From positions 1 to 55,383 of the forward strand of contig JAGUYC010000050.1 in assembly GCA_020061515.1 (NCBI GenBank): a stretch of 55,383 bases of DNA. The letters are read 5' to 3'. Positions 50,373 to 55,383 of the stretch are shown here, one piece after another. Origin of the DNA: Gemmatimonadota bacterium (GTDB taxonomy: Bacteria > Orphanbacterota > Orphanbacteria > Orphanbacterales > Orphanbacteraceae). The notes beneath the pieces were generated by a model, which saw only the letters and a program-made list of their open reading frames with translations, searched no databases and was not told the DNA's origin. Position numbers and translations under genes: made by a program. Position 1 is the stretch's first letter. Each line of letters starts with the position of its first letter.

Positions 50373-50623
50373 CTAGCCCGGATTATGCACGCGTTTTCGT
50401 CGCGAGGACGCGGAGCGCGAGCCGAGAGGCCGACCTGGACGAGCCGCTCCCGGAAACGTAGTCTCGGCCTCCCCCCCGGCGCGCTAAGACTTGTCGCTCC
50501 TCGCCGTCGCGACAAGATCCAAGCGCGCCACGGGTCCCTGTTGAGGAAGCGGCGACGGAAGGGAGGCCTCTCGATGCCGCGATCCGCGGCCGCAGTAGGA
50601 AACGCGTGCATAGTCCAGGCTAG
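50373..50623. repeat. Palindromic intergenic repeat element, copy B (251 bp, imperfect terminal inverted repeats, internal insertion)
   Basis: CTAGCCCGGATTATGCACGCGTTT (50373-50396) matches the reverse complement of 50600-50623 at 22/24. The core GAGCCGAGAGGCCGACCTGGACGAGCCGCTCCCGGAAACGTAG … GGAAGCGGCGACGGAAGGGAGGCCTCTCG … GCCGCAGTAGGAAACGCG is nearly identical to copy A. It carries an extra ~65-bp central segment with its own inverted repeat CTTGTCGC…GCGACAAG. The right end overlaps the secG stop codon. Confidence 0.8.
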
Positions 50624-51021
50624 GGCTCTCCCGCCCCCGCCGCCGGCGCCTCGGTCTCCCCCTGCGGCGCTCCGGCCTCGGGGATCCCCGCCTCCGGAAG
50701 CCCGGTCTCCGGGAGCCCTCGCGAAGGAACGGTCACCCGCCCCTCCTGTTCGAGCGCCCTTCGAATCGCGCTGTCCGCTTCCGCGGTCCGCTGCCTGCTG
50801 AGGAACGTGAGGGTGAGCGAGGTCAGCATGAAGACGACCGCGAGAACGGTCGTCGTGCGCGAGAGGAAGGTCCCCGCCCCGCGCCCGCCGAAGACCGCCT
50901 GCGTCGCGGCGCCCCCGCCGAACGCTCCGGCGAGCCCGCCTCCCTTGCTCGACTGGAGGAGAACCACCACGACGAGCAGGGTGCAGTTGATGATGTGGAT
51001 GGCCGTGAGAAACGCCGTCAT
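50620..51021 (-). CDS. secG: Preprotein translocase subunit SecG
   Basis: 133 aa. Two TM helices with the SecG signature …LLVVVVLLQSSKGGGLAGAFGGG… and a Pro/Glu/Ala-rich tail. Located downstream of tpiA, a common arrangement. Confidence 0.85.
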   Translation of the reverse strand: MTAFLTAIHIINCTLLVVVVLLQSSKGGGLAGAFGGGAATQAVFGGRGAGTFLSRTTTVLAVVFMLTSLTLTFLSRQRTAEADSAIRRALEQEGRVTVPSRGLPETGLPEAGIPEAGAPQGETEAPAAGAGEP

Positions 51022-51054
51022 GTCGAAGCCCCGTCCTTCCGTTCTAAGGATAGT

Positions 51055-51807
51055 TTATGACGAAATGATCTCCGCGAACGACGCCGCGTCGAGGCTCGCG
51101 CCGCCGACGAGCGCGCCGTCGATCTCATCCTTCGCGAGAAGCTCCGCCGCGTTCGACGGCTTCACGCTTCCTCCGTAGAGGATGCGGATCGAATGCGCGG
51201 CCCCTTCCCCGAACAGCTCCGCGAGAACGCCGCGCGCGAAGCGGTGCATCTCCTCCGCGTCGCGAGCGGTCGCGGTCCGCCCGGTGCCGATCGCCCAGAC
51301 CGGCTCGTAGGCGACGACCAGCTTCTCCTCCGCGTCGCGGCCGCTGAAGCCGGAGAGCGCCTCCCGAAGCTGCCTCTCCACCACCCGTTTCTCCTCGCCG
51401 CGCAGTCGCTCCTCTTCCCTCTCGCCGACGCAGAGGATGATCCCGAGACCGAGATCGGCCGCCCGCTTTGCCTTCCCCCGGACGATCGCGTCGGTCTCTC
51501 CGCTCTCCCTTCTCTCCGAGTGCCCGACGATCGCCCGCGCGCATCCGAGATCGAGGAGCATCTCCGCCGAGACCTCGCCGGTGTACGCGCCCGGCGCGTG
51601 GGGAGAGACGTCCTGCGCGCCGAGGAGCACGAGACTCCCCTCGATCGCCGCGCGCACCGCCTCGAGATACGGGAAGGGGGGCGCGAGGAGCACCTCGCGG
51701 TCCGCCTTCCTCTCCAGGGCGAAACGGCGCACTTCCCCGGCGAGAGACGCGCTCGTTTCACGCGTCAAGTTCATCTTCCAGTTCCCGGCGATCAGTTTCT
51801 TTCTCAC
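51055..51807 (-). CDS. tpiA: Triosephosphate isomerase
   Basis: In-frame GTG 51807 lies 9 nt after GGAG and gives (M)RKKLIAGNWKMN… Motifs GHSERR, AYEPVWAIGTG, YGGSVKP. The listed ORF start 52176 lies inside pgk. Confidence 0.9.
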   Translation of the reverse strand: MRKKLIAGNWKMNLTRETSASLAGEVRRFALERKADREVLLAPPFPYLEAVRAAIEGSLVLLGAQDVSPHAPGAYTGEVSAEMLLDLGCARAIVGHSERRESGETDAIVRGKAKRAADLGLGIILCVGEREEERLRGEEKRVVERQLREALSGFSGRDAEEKLVVAYEPVWAIGTGRTATARDAEEMHRFARGVLAELFGEGAAHSIRILYGGSVKPSNAAELLAKDEIDGALVGGASLDAASFAEIISS

Positions 51808-51851
51808 GCGAAATATCTCCAAGAGCGCCTTCACGAGGCCATCGCTGCCGG

Positions 51852-53048
51852 CTATCGATCCGACAGAGCGGCGATCCCGGGAAGCTCCTTTCCTTCGACA
51901 AACTCGAGCGACGCCCCTCCGCCGGTCGAGACGTGCGACACGCGCGAGCCGACTCCCGCGTCGTGCAGGGCGCGCACCGTGTCGCCTCCCCCGACGACCG
52001 TCACCGCGCCCCTCTCGGTCGCCTCCGCGAGCGCGCGGGCGAGGCTCTCGGTTCCCCGCGCGAACGGCTTCTTCTCGAAGACACCCATCGGACCGTTCCA
52101 GAAAACCGTACGCGCCGATCCGATCTCCGCGGCGAACGTCCTCGCCGTCTTCGGACCGATGTCGACGATCCGCCACCCTTTTTCGACGCCTTCCACCGGA
52201 ACGACCCGCGTCTGGGCGTCCTCCTCGAGTCGGTCCGCGACGAGCGCGTCCTCGGGAAGGAGCATCTTGCGCGCTCCATCCCCCTCGAGCAGCTCCCTCG
52301 CCATCTCGATCCGGTCCTCCTCCAGGAGCGAGTCGCCGATCTCAAGGCCTCGGGCGGCGAAGAACGTCCCGCACATCCCGCCCCCGATGAGGAGGCGGTC
52401 GACCTTCCCCGCGAGGTTCCGGATCACGTCGATCTTCCCGCTGATCTTCGCCCCGCCGAGCACGGCGACGAACGGACGCGGCGGGTTCTCGAGAAGACGC
52501 GACAGATAGTCAATCTCCTTCTCCATGAGAAGGCCGGCGGCGCGCACGGGAAAGTGCGCGGTCACTCCCGCGGTCGACGCATGCGCGCGGTGCGCCGTCC
52601 CGAACGCGTCGTTCACGTACACCTCGCCGAGCGCGGCGAGACGCGCGGCGAACTCCGCGTCGTTCTTCTCCTCCTCCTCATGAAAGCGGAGGTTCTCGAG
52701 AAGAAGAACTTCGCCCGGCCGAAGCGACCCGGCCGCCTTCTCCGCCTTCTCGCCGACGCAATCCTCCGCGAAGCGGACGGTCGACCCGGGAAGAAGACCC
52801 GCCAAGTGCTTCGCGACCGGCGCGAGCGAGAAGACCGGATCGACCTTCCCCTTCGGCCGTCCGAGATGGCTCATGAGAACGAGCGAGCCCCCTCCCTCGA
52901 GCACGTGCCGGATCGAGGGGAGCGAGGCGCGGATCCGCTCGTCGCTGGCGACCGTTCCGTCTTTGTTCATCGGAACGTTGAAGTCCACGCGCATGAGAAC
53001 GCGCATGCCGCGCACGTCCGCGTCGCGAAGGGTCATCTTCTTCATCAT
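51852..53048 (-). CDS. pgk: Phosphoglycerate kinase
   Basis: 398 aa. Motifs RVDFNVP, SHLGRPKG, AFGTAHRAHAS, GGGDT. Confidence 0.95.
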   Translation of the reverse strand: MMKKMTLRDADVRGMRVLMRVDFNVPMNKDGTVASDERIRASLPSIRHVLEGGGSLVLMSHLGRPKGKVDPVFSLAPVAKHLAGLLPGSTVRFAEDCVGEKAEKAAGSLRPGEVLLLENLRFHEEEEKNDAEFAARLAALGEVYVNDAFGTAHRAHASTAGVTAHFPVRAAGLLMEKEIDYLSRLLENPPRPFVAVLGGAKISGKIDVIRNLAGKVDRLLIGGGMCGTFFAARGLEIGDSLLEEDRIEMARELLEGDGARKMLLPEDALVADRLEEDAQTRVVPVEGVEKGWRIVDIGPKTARTFAAEIGSARTVFWNGPMGVFEKKPFARGTESLARALAEATERGAVTVVGGGDTVRALHDAGVGSRVSHVSTGGGASLEFVEGKELPGIAALSDR

Positions 53049-53082
53049 CGGTCCTCCGGATGAGGCGCTCTCCGGACTCGAG

Positions 53083-54165
<1,083 letters not shown>

Positions 54166-54171
54166 TCAAGT

Positions 54172-54200
54172 ATAGTACGGTTTGGGGCCGTGCCCGTCAA
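54172..54200 (-). promoter_or_regulatory. Candidate sigma-70-type promoter of the gap-pgk-tpiA-secG operon
   Basis: The minus strand reads TTGACG (54200-54195), a 17-nt spacer, then TACTAT (54177-54172), ~85 nt upstream of ATG 54084. Confidence 0.4.
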
Positions 54201-54276
54201 CCCCGACGAAGCGGAGCAAGGAGCTTCGCGGCCCGGCCCCGAAAGCCTGTACAGAAAGTAGTTCGGAAGGTCGCCG

Positions 54277-55188
54277 TCAGCGAGCCGCCGGTAGGGCGAT
54301 CGTGACGGTGGTTCCGCGGCCGGGGTCGCTCGCGAGCGCGATCGTGCCGCCCGCTTCCTCGACGATCCGCTTGCAGGTCGTGAGGCCGAGCCCCTCCCGC
54401 CCGGCCCCCTTCGTCGTGAAGCCGGGCTCGAAGGCGCGGGGAAGATTCTCCGGCGCGATGCCGCGCCCTTCGTCGCGGACACGGAGGACGATCCGCCCGG
54501 TCGACGGATCGACCGAGGTCGAGACACGAATGCGGCCGCCCTCGCCCTTCCGGCGGCCGACCGCATCGGCCGCGTTGGCGAAGAGCGAGAGGAGAAGCTG
54601 GTGCCAGCGCGGCGGGTCGAGGAAGACCGCGGGGAGATCCCCCGCCAGGTCGGTCTCGAACTCGATGTTCTCGTAAGGAGCGAGAAGCCGAGCAAAGGAA
54701 ACCGTGTTCCGGACGATCCGGTTCAGGTCGCTTCGCATCGACTGCACCGGCTGCTCGGAGAAATCGGTCAGCCGGAGAGCGAGCACCTCCACCTGCCGGA
54801 GGTATTCCCGAGCGAGGGCGGAGTTCGCCAGCGCCTTCTCCCGATCGCCCGCCCGGAGGGAGATGTCGATCAGCTCGAGCCGCGTGGAGGCGAGCGCGAG
54901 AAGGTTGTTCAGCTGATAGCCGACCTCGGCCGTCACGCGGCCGAGCGCGGTGAGGCGCACCTCCCGCGTCTCGGGATCCGCGTCCTGCGCGCTCCCTGCG
55001 GCGGGAGCTTGGCGCTCCTCGAACCGCGCGAGGCACGCGGAGATCTCGGTCGCGATCTTGAGGAGGCGCTGCTTGGTCGCCACCTCCTTCTCGGTCTCGC
55101 CGAGCTTCCCCTTCTGCGCGAGCTCGCGAAGGTCCCCGACGAGAGCGAGCGTCTCCCGAATCTCCGAATGCGCCATCACATCCCCCAT
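54277..55188 (-). CDS. Histidine-kinase-like ATPase with degenerate H-box (Tyr in place of the phospho-acceptor His)
   Basis: 303 aa. The dimerisation/H-box region LTALGRVTAEVGYQLNNLL aligns with LxALGxLAAGVAHEINNPL-type boxes but has Y-Q for H-E. The N-box LLLSLFANAADAV, G1 VRDEGRGI and G2 GREGLGLTT are intact. Confidence 0.75.
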   Translation of the reverse strand: MGDVMAHSEIRETLALVGDLRELAQKGKLGETEKEVATKQRLLKIATEISACLARFEERQAPAAGSAQDADPETREVRLTALGRVTAEVGYQLNNLLALASTRLELIDISLRAGDREKALANSALAREYLRQVEVLALRLTDFSEQPVQSMRSDLNRIVRNTVSFARLLAPYENIEFETDLAGDLPAVFLDPPRWHQLLLSLFANAADAVGRRKGEGGRIRVSTSVDPSTGRIVLRVRDEGRGIAPENLPRAFEPGFTTKGAGREGLGLTTCKRIVEEAGGTIALASDPGRGTTVTIALPAAR

Positions 55189-55237
55189 GAACAGGTTTGC
55201 CCCGCTCTCCTCGTATCGACCGGAGGAAAGCGGGGCT

Positions 55238-55383
55238 TTAACCTGGGAGATGCGCGCATCGCCGGGTCAACCTCGATCCGTCCAAGCCGTCCGAGCTCTC
55301 TTCGCTCGGAGACGGGGGAAGGGGGCTGCCCGGCGAGTTCCGCAGCGCGCCGGGGCCTGCCGATCCGCTCACGACCCGCGGCC
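55238..55383 (-). CDS. Possible 3-prime end of an unidentified gene entering from the right edge
   Basis: The minus-strand frame is open from the window edge to TAA at 55240-55238, with high third-position GC. It is followed by a strong stem-loop (55199-55236). A second frame is also open to 55177, so the call is weak. Confidence 0.25.
   Translation of the reverse strand, partial: PRVVSGSAGPGALRNSPGSPLPPSPSEESSDGLDGSRLTRRCAHLPG

Noticed and set aside
55199-55236. Strong stem-loop upstream of the kinase-like gene considered as an intrinsic terminator
   Set aside because: The ~13-bp GC-rich stem is real, but no U-tract follows on the minus strand and the upstream gene is only partially visible. 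It is kept as an observation and not called as a terminator.

Overview
High-GC (~65-70%) bacterial chromosomal window from a diderm organism: it has outer-membrane beta-barrels, lipoproteins and T9SS-type/FlgD-Ig-like C-terminal sorting domains. The lineage cannot be fixed from sequence alone but looks FCB-superphylum or candidate-phylum-like. There are about 40 genes, mostly on the minus strand. Left to right: (1) a secreted thermolysin/fungalysin-like metalloprotease running off the left edge, missing from the ORF track. (2) A large cell-surface alpha-glucan (starch/glycogen) capture and degradation locus built around seven CBM48 modules. It comprises CBM48 lipoproteins, a CBM48-fused OM barrel plus a paralogous barrel, a PorV-like protein, CTD cargo, a secreted GH13 and a giant GH57-like enzyme. 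After a small housekeeping block (yceH, DinB-family, msrB) it continues with a MalEFGK-type importer and another CTD surface protein. (3) A redox operon with a sigma-54 promoter, next to an NtrC-type two-component system. It encodes a NuoE-like protein, a NuoF-GltD fusion, a 2Fe-2S/4Fe-4S protein and a GltB-FMN-like protein, preceded by two small proteins made of a repeated 4-Cys module. (4) A SelW/Rdx-type selenoprotein gene with an in-frame UGA and a SECIS-like hairpin, invisible in the ORF track. (5) A divergent GAPDH paralog plus a 1397-aa PPDK-like dikinase lacking the PEP/pyruvate barrel. (6) A metzincin with CTD, a PLP enzyme, and tRNA-Leu(GAG) flanked by two copies of a 180-250 bp palindromic repeat family (third copy at 40.8 kb). 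(7) The gap-pgk-tpiA-secG operon and a histidine-kinase-like protein without the phospho-acceptor His. Many long ORFs in the track are antisense or out-of-frame artefacts of the GC content, and several real genes start well inside the listed ORF. All family calls come from motif recognition by eye; no database search or folding program was available.
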